64,000 bases of DNA from Lama glama (Eukaryota): positions 104,720,001 through 104,784,000 of the forward strand of contig CM052817.1 in NCBI GenBank assembly GCA_028534125.1, read 5' to 3'. The notes beneath the pieces were generated by a model that did not search any database, had not been told where the DNA came from, and saw only the letters and a program-made list of their open reading frames with translations. Shown in pieces: positions 25,795 to 39,537 of the stretch (positions are counted from its first letter, which is position 1; each line of letters begins with the position of its first letter). The position numbers and the translations under genes are program-made.

Positions 25795-26610
25795 TGTGAA
25801 ATTGTGATAGACTAAGAAATAGATATTTTGGTCATAATCCCCAGTTCCTGGCCAGAGCTCCTAAAAGCCTTGTAATTTCTTGAGTGATGTTGGTGATAGA
25901 AGACCTTACACAGAGCTCCTAAATCCTTCGGAAATTCCTTGGTGACCAAATCATCTTTTGTTCTAATGAGGTGACTGTCAGTGGGGTCCTGGATGGGGGT
26001 CAGTCACCAGGAAGGTCTAGCATGATTAGAAGCTTGGGACTTCCAACTCCATCCCCTCTCCTCCAGAGAGAAGGGAAGAGTGAGAGATGAAGTTAATAAC
26101 TGATTCCACCTAGGTGATGGTGCCTGCATAAAAATTCCCCCAAATGTGGTGCACACATTCATGAGCCAAGAGGTGGATGCATCTCAGCTACAAAGGGATA
26201 GAATCTCCTGTGCTCAGGAGCCCTCTGGACATCACCTGGCTATTCATCTGTATCTTTTATTCTGTAATAAGCTGGTGAATGTAAGTCAGTGTCCTTCTGA
26301 ATTCTGTGAGCCATCCCAGCAAATCATCAACCTGGAGATGGGTGTCATGGGAACCCCACCGTATAGTCAGTGGTCAGAAGCACAGGTTAACAACCCAGGA
26401 CTTGCAATTGGCATGTGAAGTGGGTGCAGTCTTGTGGTCCTGAGCCTTTAACCTGTAAGATTTGAGGCTAACTCCAGATAGACAGGGTCAGAACTGAATT
26501 GTAGGACATCCAGCTGGTGACGGAGGACTGAACGACATGGGGTAAAATGCCACACATCTGATGGACAGAAGTGGTGCGTAGAGTAGAAGAAAAACGAGTT
26601 TACCTTCTGT
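25795..26610 (+). mobile_element. MER21-like LTR
   Basis: tgtga.attgtgata...aagaaata.atat...ccccagttcctggc.agagctcctaaaa; ctaactccag.tagacag.gtcagaa.tgaatt. Confidence 0.7.
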
Positions 26611-27349
26611 TGGTGTAGAGAAATTTTCACAGACGCTTTCTTTTTAGAAAGTGAGTTTTTATTGTATTTTTTTGTGCCCGTTTCACTACTGTGTATTGGA
26701 TGTTGTCAAACTGGGGACTGAGTAGAGACAACTTTTCTTTTAGTTTGCATGTTGTGAAAGTACAAGAAATCACACTCCTGCTGGAAGCGGTAGCTGGGTG
26801 AAGCACTTGATTTCATCCCTCAAAGAGGGGCTGCCTCTATTTTGTGTAGGAGAAGGAGGGTTTGGGTGTGCGTTTGGTGGCAAGGGTGCCAAAGTGGCAG
26901 AAGTGACTACCTGTCCATCAAAGATTCCTCTTCCCCCTTTGCATAGTATAATCATTGCTGGTGATAATTATCAGCCAGAGATAATATTTCCCGGTGCATG
27001 TTGCATCCACAAGGGGCCATCTGTTGAGTTCTCACCAATGGAGCAAAGAACATGTTGTGTGTCATTCTGGGCAGAGCTATGCGTGCACTTTATCTCCTGT
27101 CCTTTCCCATGAACTGAAGGCAGAATACACTCAGGTCCTAGATAAGGGTAAAAACGTAGGGAGGAGTCTGCGACTGACCTCACCACCAAGAGAAAGGATG
27201 CCTTTGGAACCCCCAACACTGCACTGTTCATGTGAATGGGAAGTTATTATTATTATATTAAGCCACTGAAATGTGGAAAGGTTATTGTTGGTTTGTTTTT
27301 GGTTTTTATTTTTTGTTAAAGCAGCAAGTGTTACCCCAGTTAATTCAAT

Positions 27350-28870
27350 ATTCAAGTGGAGATATCAGGTAGGTAGTTAGATGAGAGTCTTGAACTCCAA
27401 AAGAGGTCAAGACAAGAGGTCTACATGTAGAAGTTAACATGTTTTTAAAAACGCAAAGCTAGATGTTACTTACGGAGAGCAGGTAGAGATGAGAACTAGG
27501 ATGGAGGTTCAGCCTTGAGGACTTCAATATTAGAGGTTGGCTAGAGAAGCTGAATCTTCAGACGTTCCTGAGGCTGCCTGTGAGTAGAAGGAGACAATGC
27601 ATGATTCCAAGAAGTGGAGAGAGTGTCCAGTGATGGGCGCCCAGTCAAGACAAGACCAATGAGCGGTCCATTGACATGACTACCTTGAACACCGTTCGAG
27701 ATCCTTACAGAAACAATGTCAGCACGTTTGATGGGAACAGTGAGAAGGTTCAAGAATAAAGGAAAAGGGAGAAATGAAAAAGATACAGGTAAAGGGAGCA
27801 CACAAGAGGGAAGGCAGAGAAGGATGTGGAGTTATGGGAAGACAATGCTGACGTAGTACACCTGGACCAGGGAGAATAAGAAGGCGCCAATAGACAGGAA
27901 AGATGCTGCAGGAGAGAGAGGAAGAGGAGGGGGAGGCAGGGTTCAGAGCATCACGGTGGGTTGACATTTTGGGGGAGCAGAAACGCTTGGTCCTTTGTGG
28001 CAAGAAGGCAGACACAGACACTGTGACCATAGAGGCATGTGGCTATATGATTTTGTCTGGTGTCGAGTATTTTTTACAATAAAGTGAGAAGTGGGGCCAA
28101 CACTAAAGTGAGTGAAGAAAGTGATATTAGAAAGTTGAAGAGAGAAGGTATGAAATAGTCATCTCAGAAAAGGCAGAAGTGAATCTTCTAGCCAAATATA
28201 ATTGGATTTCTGGATATTTTTGAATACCAGTTTGAGGGCTTGGTTCAAGATTTTTGTAGTGTATTTAATTACAAGTTATGTGAAGTTATGTGAGTATATA
28301 TTCTTTGTCTGTAATCAGTGAGCATATATAGATGATTCAACAAAGAATTTTTTTTAAGTGCGTAGCAGAGGGAAAACAAAAGATTTTCGGTATTTGTGTG
28401 AAAGTTACATGATAATAAACATCAACCATGAGTAAGGAGGAAATTGGAGAAATGAGGGAGTACTGATATTGAAAAGGTACAAAGAACTGGGGTCGACTGG
28501 GTATTGCAGTAACTGAACTGGTAGAAGCTACTGGAATGTTAGGTGAAAGGCCAGAGCTTGAGATGCTTGAAACAGAGATTTCTGTAATGGTGCAAGTAGC
28601 GGTGAGGATAGGGTCTAGGACAGGAGAGGTGATGGTAGAGCTTGGCAACAAGAAGGCAGAGGAAGAAAACTGAAGATAATTAGATCAAAGAACGAGAGGC
28701 CAATGCATTTACCCCAAGAATGATCAGTATGAAAGATGAGGATCTCAAGTCTTCCATGAATGAAGGAGAATGACCCAGAAAAAGGCTATGGCAGAAATGA
28801 AGAAAGTTGGTGGGTGGTGTATCCAAGTGCATCAGCTTCAAAGAAGCTATGGGTTTTGAAGAAGGAAGAT
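27350..28870 (-). mobile_element. L2 fragments
   Basis: tcaagtggagatatcag.taggtagtt.gat; purine-rich decayed L2 antisense pattern. Confidence 0.6.
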
Positions 28871-29632
28871 GATAGTCGGTAGAAAGTTCGCTGCCCCCCT
28901 CATCCTGGCCTTAAGGCTCTGCAGGAATGCTTTACACTTTGAGTTTGTCCTTCATAATTCTGGGGCTCCAAACTAACCAGAGTGGGATAAAATTTGAATA
29001 TTGACCAAATGACTTTCCTCCAAAAATTCCTAGGATTGTTCTTCGGGACCATCCCTACATTCTAGGCTGCTGTGGATTGCATCTTACTTAGTTCCAAAAA
29101 AAAAAAGAGGCTGCTACAGAAACAGAGATCAGGAGAACAATAAAACAATTGTCAAAATTTGTTGTGATATCACGTATATGTTACAAATCCATGTCTTCAA
29201 ATTATCATTAAAGAAAAGGCTTTGATTTACAAAACTGAGCATCTCAATTGAGCATCTCAGAATGACAAGGACCAGAAAGTTTGGGAAACTGTATGATACT
29301 GTAAGAGCCTCCTTTCTGCCTAAGACTTGGTGAAGATTTTCCTAAGGAGAGACTTTTATTTCTGGCAACAAAGAGTTTAAATGTTCAGAGAAACCTTCCC
29401 AGTAGAGCACATACAAAATGCTGGATATATTTCCTAAGGCATTCTTTGTAGAGCAAAACAGCAAGAAAAATCCTCATTGAATAAAAACAATGACAAAGCA
29501 AAAATCCAGAGAAGGGCATGAGAGCTACAGCTGACAGTTGCCATGAGCTGTTTCCTCTCCTGGTCCCCCTCCCTCTCCCTCATCTCTCTCTTTCCCTGCC
29601 CCAACTTTCTTTCTTCCTTTTTCCAAGTCTCC

Positions 29633-30132
29633 NNNNNNNNNNNNNNNNNNNNNNNNNNNNNNNNNNNNNNNNNNNNNNNNNNNNNNNNNNNNNNNNNNNN
29701 NNNNNNNNNNNNNNNNNNNNNNNNNNNNNNNNNNNNNNNNNNNNNNNNNNNNNNNNNNNNNNNNNNNNNNNNNNNNNNNNNNNNNNNNNNNNNNNNNNNN
29801 NNNNNNNNNNNNNNNNNNNNNNNNNNNNNNNNNNNNNNNNNNNNNNNNNNNNNNNNNNNNNNNNNNNNNNNNNNNNNNNNNNNNNNNNNNNNNNNNNNNN
29901 NNNNNNNNNNNNNNNNNNNNNNNNNNNNNNNNNNNNNNNNNNNNNNNNNNNNNNNNNNNNNNNNNNNNNNNNNNNNNNNNNNNNNNNNNNNNNNNNNNNN
30001 NNNNNNNNNNNNNNNNNNNNNNNNNNNNNNNNNNNNNNNNNNNNNNNNNNNNNNNNNNNNNNNNNNNNNNNNNNNNNNNNNNNNNNNNNNNNNNNNNNNN
30101 NNNNNNNNNNNNNNNNNNNNNNNNNNNNNNNN
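29633..30132. other. Assembly gap (500 N)
   Basis: Run of N. Confidence 1.
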
Positions 30133-30536
30133 GGGATCAAAATCTTCCTTATCTTCCACTGTGGGTAGACTTTCTCCTGATTGGTTGGTGGTGAGGTCAC
30201 AGGGCGGTGCTCCAAGAATCTTGTGCTCAGCCTGAAGTCACCATCCTCCACCTGGGAGAGGGCCTTAGTTCCTGCAGAAGAATTCAAAGGTATTGTTATG
30301 TATATTCCTTGAGGAAGAACCAGGACCCTGCCCCATCCTGCACTTTTGTTTCTTGACTGCTTCTCCTTTGTTTCTTCATTCTCTCTCTTCCTTGATTAAT
30401 AACTATTTGAATCTGCCTCTGGAACTCAGGGACGGTCAAGGAGGCAAATGAAACCTAGTTCCTACAAACAAGAAATGGGAACATGGAAAGGATTTGAATC
30501 CAGGAGGCCCCTACATGGTCCGGCTCAGTTTTAACA
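30133..30536 (-). mobile_element. ERV1 LTR, left part lost in the gap
   Basis: Homologous to 16210-16597; ends ...ctcagttttaaca. Confidence 0.8.
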
Positions 30537-30799
30537 TTATAAAAGCTAGCTGATTTATATCCTTAGAATTCTGTCTTATTAAAAAATAAGCACATATACT
30601 ATCTGGACCAGACCTTATTTGATACCTTGTTATGGGACCAAAGTCTCAGATCACTAAGATACAGGGGCAACAAGTAAATGTTTTTACTCTTTATGGTCCT
30701 ATTGGAAAAAAAAAATATTTTCAGCAATTCTAATCCTAACTAAGAACTAGAAGTTCTGGACAAAAATAAAATAATACAAAATAAAACCTACTTGAAAAC

Positions 30800-33185
30800 A
30801 TAGGAAAGCTGCCAAATAGTAAATATGTGTGAGACCAAGATCCTGGAGAAGATGGAGGTTCAGAGAGGTGAGTCCAATATCTGTCAATTCCAAAAGTAAC
30901 CATGGGCACTGTGAAGCTGAGACTTTGATAGACTCATGAGGTTTTGGTGATAAAAAACTGGGTTTTAGGAATGACAAAGAAGGAGTAAACCTAAAAAACA
31001 TTACAGGCTTTGTGCCAGGACCATGAAGGGCCCCATGCTAGGAATCAAGGGTGAATCAGAAATAAGGCTCAAATTAGAATCATTTCAATCCTTGATTAGA
31101 TTAAGATGACCTGGGATTCCTAGTACCTTAGTAGAAGGAAAGTAAATTCTCTCTGGGCAGGCATATCCTCCAGAAATTCAAGTTAGCTATACTTTTTTCA
31201 TAAAAAAATGCCAGACATTAAAAGAAAAATCACCAGGTCTAATAGAATCAAAAGATAATAAATGAATCAAAATATGGGTCAGAAAAAAAAATTGTCCAAA
31301 CTGAAGTATGAGAGACAAAATGATGGAAAATACATAAAAGAGCACAAGACACATGCAACGAGGTAAAGGAGTCTATCACATGTAAAATTGGAGTCCCAGG
31401 AAGAGAAGAGAGAGGGAGTGGGACAGTGGTATTGCTCGAAGAGGTAATGTCAGATTTTTTTCCCAGCTGGTTCTTGGTGAAGAGCTGAGAAAAGTCCCTG
31501 GTGGCTCAGACAGGGGAAGAAAAGAGTAATTCTTGTGGAAAACACTGAGAGCTTTCTCCATAACAAAGATCTACTCTTTGGAGGAAAAAATCTCAGCACA
31601 GCCTTATCCCAAGTGAGGGAAAAACATTCATTTCCCTTTAGTCCCCTCTAGCCTTTCTTTCCCACATATAATGGGAACCACTTGGGAAGGTAAGCCTCCA
31701 AGGACACAGATTCACCCCAAAACTGAGATTTAATTTTAGGATCATAGAATGCTTCCTCTCCCCAATAATTTACTACTTACTATCAGGGCTCCAATAACAG
31801 TGGATTATGCTGGAAGAGCTGTAAGAAACAGACTCTAAGGGGAGTGATCACTTAGGAAAACCTAAAGCCAATAGAGAAGAAAAAAAAAGTGGGGGGTTAG
31901 AGAAATTTGAAGCCTCTGGTACTTACAGCTACAGAGACATTAAACACAAGTGAGTTCCTAGCCAGATTAATATAAAACTTCATACTGACTATTTACCTGT
32001 CTTATTACCTGATATATCATGTGAGGCTTTTTACGAAAAAATTACAAGTCATGCTAAAAAGCCACAAAAAAGCAGTCTGAAGAGACAATGCAGATTTAGA
32101 TATGACAGATCAGAACCAGACTTAGATATGACACAGATGTTGAAATTATGAGACAGGGAATTTCAAATACTATGATTAATATGTTAAATGCTCTCATGGA
32201 GAGTAGACAACATGTAGGAACAGATGGGTAATATAAATGGTACCCCAAAAGGGGAAGGGAGAAGATCCTGGTTCTTGTCTTACCCGAACAATATGAATAC
32301 AGACAGGAGATGGAGCATTGTGTAGAGAAAAATTTTAAAGTATTTATTTAACAAAGGGAAAGTACACCTTCAAGAATGGGAGGCGGGCTGATCCAAGAGC
32401 GGATAGCAATGGTCTTTGTCTGCCCCCTCCTCTTATACCCTCGCTTAGAGGTGGTCTCTTGATTGATTGACAGCTCCTGCCCCCAGTGTGCCTAGTCATC
32501 TTAGTCCTCTTTGCCCATGTCCTTACCCATGATGTACACACAAAAACCCATGGTGAGAGTAGGGGGTGGGGGGCTAAACTGCAATGCTAATTATATTACA
32601 ATGAGCATTGGTTCATGGCTGCTTAGGTTCTTGTCACTACTGCAAAGTTGGGGCTGTCAGGTTCTAACCAGTTTCTTGCTAGCACTTATTTAGAACAAGT
32701 AAAGCCCCCTTATGTTGGAGGCGGGCGTACCACCATCTTTCAGACCATCCTCCTTCTTCTCCACCTTATCTGCCAGGTTTCCCCACTTATCTAACTACCT
32801 AACATAAACAGAGAGATGGAAATTCTAACAAAGAATCGAAAGGAAATTCTAGACATGAAAAATACTTAGATATGAAGAATGCCTTTAATGAGCTTATCAG
32901 TAGACGGGACATGAGAAGGTCAGTGAGCTTGAGAAAGTGTCACAGAAACTCCCCAAACAAAACGCAAAGAGAAGAGTGAAAAGAACAGAATAAAGTACAC
33001 AAGAACTATGGGGCAATTTCAGAGGGTGCAACATATATGTAATTGAAATACCAAATAGAGAAGAAAGAGAAAAATGGAGTAGAAGCAATATTTAAAGTTA
33101 TAATGGCCAAGAACCTTCCAAAAGTACTGACAGATAGCAAGTCACAGATCTAGAAAACTCAGAAAACCCCAAGCGGGTAGATTCA
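30800..33185 (+). mobile_element. Old L1 5' region / ORF1 fragments (two pieces), interrupted by a solo LTR
   Basis: ORF1-type sequence aattggagtcccagga.gagaagagaga and atgattaatatgttaaatgctct.atgga...gagatggaaattcta...aataatggccaagaa. Confidence 0.7.
32238..32804 (-). mobile_element. ERV1 solo LTR (567 bp) with TAAA TSD, inserted into L1
   Basis: TG...CA ends; TAAA at 32234-37 and 32805-08; removal restores continuous L1 sequence; minus-strand AATAAA at ~32344. Confidence 0.88.
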
Positions 33186-33689
33186 CCCAAAGGGGTATGT
33201 GTGAGAATCCACAGAGTAGGAATAAAGCTTTAGAGCCTCCAGTTATATTTAGTTTTATTTACAGGTATTTTGGAAAAAAAAATAAGCTTTACTAATATTA
33301 AGTATCTGGATTAACACTGGTGCCCTCATTCTATCTTCAGATTAGTCCTGAGTTCCCTGTAGTAAGGGAAGTTTTCTGGATGAAAGATGGGGGTTCTCCA
33401 GCACAGAGGGCTTCACAGGACAGTCCTCCCTGTCCCTTTATTTGAAGTTGTATGGTAACACACCGAATTCTGAGTGTGCCTTAAGTGGACCTGTGGCTTA
33501 TATATGGTTTTATGATGTGTAATTTGTGATAGATGGTTTTAACTAAAGTAGACCTTATTATACGTACAAGTGGCTTTAAAAATTGTTTTAAGAAACCAGG
33601 CTTGACAGTGATGCTAGTAAAGCAAGGAGGGAAACAAGAAGATGGCAGAGCTGAGGATCCTATTTCTTAGTAAGAGCCCTTTTGATAGT

Positions 33690-33905
33690 TAAAAAATACT
33701 ATATTATATAATTCAAAGTGGCTAAGAGACCAGATCTTAAATGTTCTCATCAAAAAAAAAAAAAAAGGATAATTTGGGGAAGTGATGGAGGTGTCAGCTA
33801 ACCCTAAGATGGTCATCATATTGCAATAGATAAGGGTATTGAATTAACATGTTGTACATCTTAAACTTACCCAATGTCACATGTCAATTCTATCTCAATA
33901 ACTTT
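33690..33905 (+). mobile_element. L1MA-type 3' end
   Basis: gctaagaga..agatcttaaatgttctca...atgttgtacatcttaaactta...atgtcaattctatctcaataa. Confidence 0.75.
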
Positions 33906-34129
33906 TTTTTAAAAGAGGTCTTTCATCCAATGTATTACAAGATGAAAACAATGGCAGTCTAAACAGATTTTATAAAGTTGGGCAAAAATGTTCAAAATTA
34001 TCAAGGAAGACTCTTTGAAATACGCTGTCACATCTACTATCATTCATAATTAACTTGTTCTAAATGCTTACATTTACATGACGATTTTGCAATGCTTCTT
34101 TTTCAGCTATCACAGTAATGAGATCAAGC

Positions 34130-34490
34130 ACCAATGTGATCGCAATTGGCTGTAGAAAACATAATGCAGAGATATGAATAGTGCCTGGATATTTGACAAT
34201 GTGAAGGAATGTTTGCTAATTTTTTCCTCTTAATGATGTTGTGGTTTCTTTGAAAAATATCTACCTTTAAGAAATACACATTTGAAATATTTACAAATGA
34301 ATTATATGGTATCTGAAATTTGTTTAAAAATAATCCAGGGCAGCGGTCAGGGGGAATGTGTAGATAAACCAAGGTTTCTATGAACTGATAAGGGTTGAAA
34401 TGGGTGAGGAATACAGAGGGGTTTCTTTTGGTTTTCTTGGCGTTAAGTCTATTTTTCTAACTATTAAAATTTTCCTGTTTTAAAGGTTAA
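34130..34490 (+). mobile_element. Old L1 3' end
   Basis: gaaatacacatttgaaatatttacaaatgaa.tatatggtatctgaaatttg.tt.aaaataatcca. Confidence 0.65.
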
Positions 34491-34847
34491 AAAACCTTAA
34501 TTTAGAATATCATTGTTAATTTGTTGCATCATAATGCTGACACAGTCCTTTTAAATAATAAATCATATTCAACAGCATTGCTCTCACTAATTTCTTAAAA
34601 CTGAAATGTATTCAATAAAGGCAAAATTTTTTGTATGATTAATTTTAAAGTTTGCATTGCCTTTAAATTTAAATTATTTCATAGTGGGCATTATTTTATC
34701 TAAAGTTTCCCCTAAAATGCATCATTTCCTAATTTCTATTTGAATTCACTTAATATGATATTAAGATAGTGTATGCATACAATTTATAAGTAGATGAATA
34801 TGCATATTTTAGGGGCACAGACTCCCAAATCATTTTCTGATGAGCTT

Positions 34848-35075
34848 CTGTATTGTAATTATTTTGAAATTTCTGTATGTTATGATGTTTGACATCTTTA
34901 GAAGTGCTTTGCTGGCTATGGAGAGACTGCCCCTCCAGGGCTAGCCAGTTCTGAGATAGGACTCCCTGCCAGGATCACGGCTTTGATGTACAAACCCCCA
35001 AGTCCAGAGCCAGACCTTTGGATATATATCCTCTGTATGTGGCCTGTACACCTGGAGATCATATTCTCCAGCAAA
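34848..35075 (+). mobile_element. MER74-like ERVL LTR fragment
   Basis: tgtattgtaattattttgaa...tttgacatctt...ggagagactgcccctcc.gggctagcca.ttct.agatag. Confidence 0.6.
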
Positions 35076-35258
35076 GACTGGCCTGAATCCCCCTTACTCC
35101 TGATGTTTGTCTCTTGACCTCCCACTCCCACCCCAGAGGCTTGCCTGCCATGGCTCTGTGTGGCCGCCCCCAGCACCTGTGGCTATAATACACTTTGCTG
35201 TTTTCTCAGCCTCTCCTCCATGTCTTCTTGTAGCACACCTGTCTGGCCATCTCAAAAG

Positions 35259-35764
35259 TGTTACCAAGTCCAAATTCATTCTGCTCACTGAATGATAGCT
35301 GAATGATAGACCAATAAATTGGGAGCTGAGGTATTGGGGCAAGGAATAATGACTATTCAGAAAGCCAGCTGAGAAGATGGGGGACTAATGTCCTGGAGAA
35401 CCATCTTCCCCTCAGTTAGAATTCAGGCTTCTTTTATACTGAAAAATGGAAGGAGTGTGTGCTTGTTGCAAACTTCTTTGTGCTGGAATCCTTTGTTCTT
35501 GCAGCTATCCACGTGGGTCAGGTCATGGTGTCCCTGTAAACCTCCAACAAAATAAATGTTATTTTCTATTCTGCAACTTTTAATCTTTATATGAATGGGA
35601 AGGTGTTATATCCTTAAAGGCTATCCTGTATAAGTCAGGCTGTAAGCAACATTCTTTTATAAAAGGTGCAGAACCAGCAAGACTAAGCCTAGGAAACAAA
35701 GCACAGGGTTAAAAACCAAAGGAATAGATCTAATATGGAGTCAGAGTAGTTCTTTTCTATTATA
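35259..35764 (-). mobile_element. MER41-like ERV1 solo LTR, copy 1
   Basis: Full-length homology to 37168-37686; flanks AAAG/AATG. Confidence 0.82.
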
Positions 35765-37167
35765 AATGGGTGCAAAACAGGTGCATATACCCAACCCCAC
35801 AAAAGGTTGGAGATCGCTGCCCTAGAAGTTATCCAGTCCACCTTCAAGCACGAGGGGCTTCAATATTCTCTTAGTCTCCACTTGACCTTTTCCAGGATGA
35901 CTTTAAACTCAGCACCTCTGGATGAAGCCTTTTCTTCACTCCATCCTTCAAATATCGCCTTCCCATGATACATGCAGTAAATAATCCACTGATGGCCATC
36001 ATCATTTAATTCAGAGAATCAAATGAGAAAATTTAAACGTGGAATCTAGAGGAAAACAAAGTATTTCCTGTAAAAATTTTCCCTCAATCTTTAGTAAATC
36101 TCAACAAGGCAGTGTGAAAATAATTTTCTCTGACCCAGCAAACAGACAAACAAACAAACCACAAAAGATCTGTTTTCACTGTTTTTTCCCCCAGTTGGAA
36201 ATGATGACAACTGCTACAGTCTAATTGGCAGGCTCATGAAGCCATTCAACTATCAATTGACCTCTGTTTAACTTGCTTGCTGCTTCTTTTTAAAAGAAAA
36301 TATTTTTTTCTCAGGAAAGAAAAATTATTTTCAGTAACATCAAGACCGAATTATAGGCAACATACAGAAATACTCAAAACTGGCCTGTCAACTGAAAAAA
36401 AGAAAAAAAAAAGAAAAAGTTATGTAAAACTTGGCTTCAGACAGAACTGAAAATAAACAAAAATGAAATGTAAGAAATGTGTTGAGTGTATTATCCTCCT
36501 GGGTTAGTGCTGTTCCAAAAATACTCAAGGTTTCCTTTTCTCTCTTCTTTTTTAAATTTCAGCTTTATTGAGGTATAATTGACATACAAGTGACTCAAGA
36601 TTTCATGGTACCATCCTCTCTTATGCACCTGCCTTCTTCAGATGCAGCTCTTGAAGCACAGGTGAGTCTGGGGCAGCGAGGGGTGGGGGCAGCCCTGCTC
36701 ACAGGGATGTTCCGTTAGGTAGAGGTGATTTGAGGTTCAGTAGAAATTCTGAGGCGGCATTAGCCCAGGTGATTCTGAGCTGTGTCTTTGTGATGGAGAC
36801 ACAACATTTAACAAGGTCAAAAGTATAAGACATATAGCAATGAATGCAAAGTCTGATGCAATGGACTGGAAAGAAATGGCAAAGAAGTTGCCAGAAGAAT
36901 AAAGAGTTGAACAAAGATAGATGTAAAAAGTGGTTTGGATCTAGCAGTTCAGTAGGTCTCAGAGACCCCTTCTAACCTGGAGCCTGAGCCTGCTGCGGGA
37001 GCTGGCTGGCCTGGAAGGCACACCCCACGCCTCCTTTCTCTGTGCCCAACTGCCCTGACCGCTGAGATGCTGGGCTGGAGGGTGCTGGATAAGACCAGAG
37101 CCCTGGTGGTGCCTGGCAGACCCCTCTTCTATCCAAGCATTGAAGCTGACTGTCAGGACAGAGGGAT

Positions 37168-37686
37168 TGTTACTGAGTCCAAACTCATTCTGCTCACTGC
37201 AAGACAGGCCAATAAGTTGGGAGACCAGGTGTACAGGCAAGGAGTAAAGATTTTATTTGGAAAGCCAGCAGACCCAGAAGATGGAGGACTAATGTCCTGG
37301 AGAACCATCTTACCCAAGTCAAAATTCAGGCTCCTTTTATGGTAAAAGGGGAGGGGGTGTGGTTGGTCACTACAAACTTCTTGGTGTAGGAATCCTTTGT
37401 TTTTGCAGCTGTCCATGTAGGTCAGGTCATGGTGTCCCTGGAAACTTTCAACAAGACAAATGTTATTCTCTGTTCTGAAACATTTTATCTCTATATGAAT
37501 AGAAAAGTGTTATGCCCTTAAAGGTCATAGCCTTGAGAATGGGCTCTCCTGTATATTTCAGGCTCTAGGCAACATTCTTTTACAAAAGGTGCAGAACCAG
37601 TGTGACTGAGCACAGGAAACAGAGCACAGGGTGAGAGCCGAAGGAATAGATCTAATATGGAGTCAGATTTGCTCTTCCCCGTTACA
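37168..37686 (-). mobile_element. MER41-like ERV1 solo LTR, copy 2, with GGAT TSD
   Basis: TG...CA ends; GGAT at 37164-67 and 37687-90; minus-strand start TGTAACGGGGAAGAGCAAATCTGACTCCATATT. Confidence 0.88.
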
Positions 37687-37734
37687 GGATGAGGCAGTTT
37701 CCAAAAGTGAGACAGAATCAAGAGTAAAGATCCA

Positions 37735-37822
37735 AAAAGAATATGAAAAAAATGTGTATATGTATAACTTAATCACTATGCTGTATATCAAAAAGTAACA
37801 TAACATTGTCAATCAACTATAT
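37735..37822 (+). mobile_element. Short L1 3' tail (cetartiodactyl-type)
   Basis: tatatgtataact.aatcact.tgctgta...aacattgt.aatcaactata. Confidence 0.75.
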
Positions 37823-37868
37823 AGAAAGAAAGAAAGAAGGAAAGGAAGGAAGGAAGGAAGGAAGAAAG

Positions 37869-37943
<75 letters not shown>

Positions 37944-37962
37944 AAAGGAAGGAAGGAAGGAA

Positions 37963-38023
<61 letters not shown>

Positions 38024-38177
38024 GAAGGAAGGAAGGAAGGAAGAAGGAAAGAAAGAAGGAAAGAAAGAAAGAAGGAAAGAACGAAAGAAGGAAAGAACGA
38101 ATGAGAGGGATAGATAGGTAGGTAGATAGGTAGGTAGGTAGATAGATCGATCGATGGATTGACCAATCGATCGATAG
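37823..38177. repeat. Compound microsatellite (GAAA)n/(GGAA)n followed by (GATA/GGTA)n and (GATC)n
   Basis: Seen directly; it follows the L1 tail. Confidence 0.95.
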
Positions 38178-39179
38178 AGTAACTTTTGGGACAGACCAAA
38201 AAAAAAAAAAAAGAGTGGAGAAAAATGAGATTAATATACAAGGTGAACGATTCCAGGCAAGAAAGTGTGATGAGATGGCTCACACTGGATCTCTGGTTTG
38301 GGTCAAGAACTCCGTCTTCCACTTTGCAGCAGTTTGTGTGGGTTATTGAAATATTCTGGGCTCTCAGTGAATCATATTTTCCTGTGAGGCTGTGAGGGGT
38401 GCATGGACTTAGCTATAAAGGGGTGTAGTAGTGGGGACCACTGCCAGGTTTGGGGGAACAGGTGGCTGGAAAGTCTGGGGGCTATGACTCTGTGGCTAGT
38501 GCTTTGAACTTGGTGGACTCGTGCAGCAAAATCCAAAAAGCAGTTGTGCATCTGTCTTCCACTGCCCAGTGAAATCTGCCCAGGGGAATACACCTTCTGT
38601 CCGCGAGAATACTCAATCCCTCAGACTTCTCTGGTCACTGGAATGAGACAAAGTCCTATTGTGTAAACACAGACACAATTCAGAAATGCAATACATCCCA
38701 GATAATAATCAAAACTCTACATTTGAGTCAAGCTAAAATCTTCTCACTTCCCTCCAGCTGAAGCCTTCTTTGGGCAGGTCAGTGACAGTGGGAAGAAGAA
38801 CATGGTCTTCCTTTTCTCCTTCCTCTTGTCCTACAGTTTCTCCTTTACCAGCCTGTTACCATCCTAGGTTTTGAATCCTTTCCGTGTTGATGGGAAACAG
38901 CAGACAGAAGAGATACATGATGTTGCGGGGGGGGGGGGGTGACAATCACAACAGTCTATCAATTTTCTCCTCCAAAACCTTCTTTATAAAATTCTTTACC
39001 TGTCCATCCTTCTCCTTTTTCAGATTTCTGATACGAGTCAGGGAGTTCAAGGTTCTCATAGATGTTTGGGCTGTTTTCTTTGAAGTCTACCACTTCCTTG
39101 AAAGTAGCACCACATGTCTTGCGGTGCTTCATTCAAAAGTTCCAGTTTGATTCCTGCTACAACTGTGTCATGGAGTCTA

Positions 39180-39537
39180 GCATCTTAGTCAATTTGGGCT
39201 GCTGTAATGAAGTACACCAAACTGAGCGGTTTATAAACACTAGAAATTCATTTCTCAAAATTCTGGAGGCTTAAAGTTGATGATCAGCATGCCAGCCTGT
39301 GGTCGGGTTCTGATGAGAACCTCCTTCCTATTTGCAGACTGTCAATTTTATTTTTATCTCATTTGGCAGAAAAGCAAAGCTCTCAGGTCTCTTTTGTAAG
39401 GGCACTAATCCCATTTATGGTGGCTCTTCCCTTTTGAGTGAATCACTTCCAAAGGCCCCACTTCCTAATATCATCACATTGGGAATCTGAGTTCAACACA
39501 TGAATTTGGGGGGAACACAAATATGCAGTCTATAGCA
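39180..39537 (-). mobile_element. MLT1A-like MaLR LTR
   Basis: tcttagtc.atttgggctgct.taa...ttctggaggct...taagggcactaatcccatt...acatgaatttggggg.acacaaa.at.cagtc.atagca. Confidence 0.8.

Noticed and set aside
35259..37686. Two LTRs as the ends of one short provirus
   Set aside because: The second LTR has its own GGAT TSD, the outer flanks do not match, and the spacer has no PBS or PPT.
37806..38322. Lys/Glu/Arg-rich and Phe/Leu/Ser-rich ORFs
   Set aside because: Translations of the GAAA/GGAA microsatellite.
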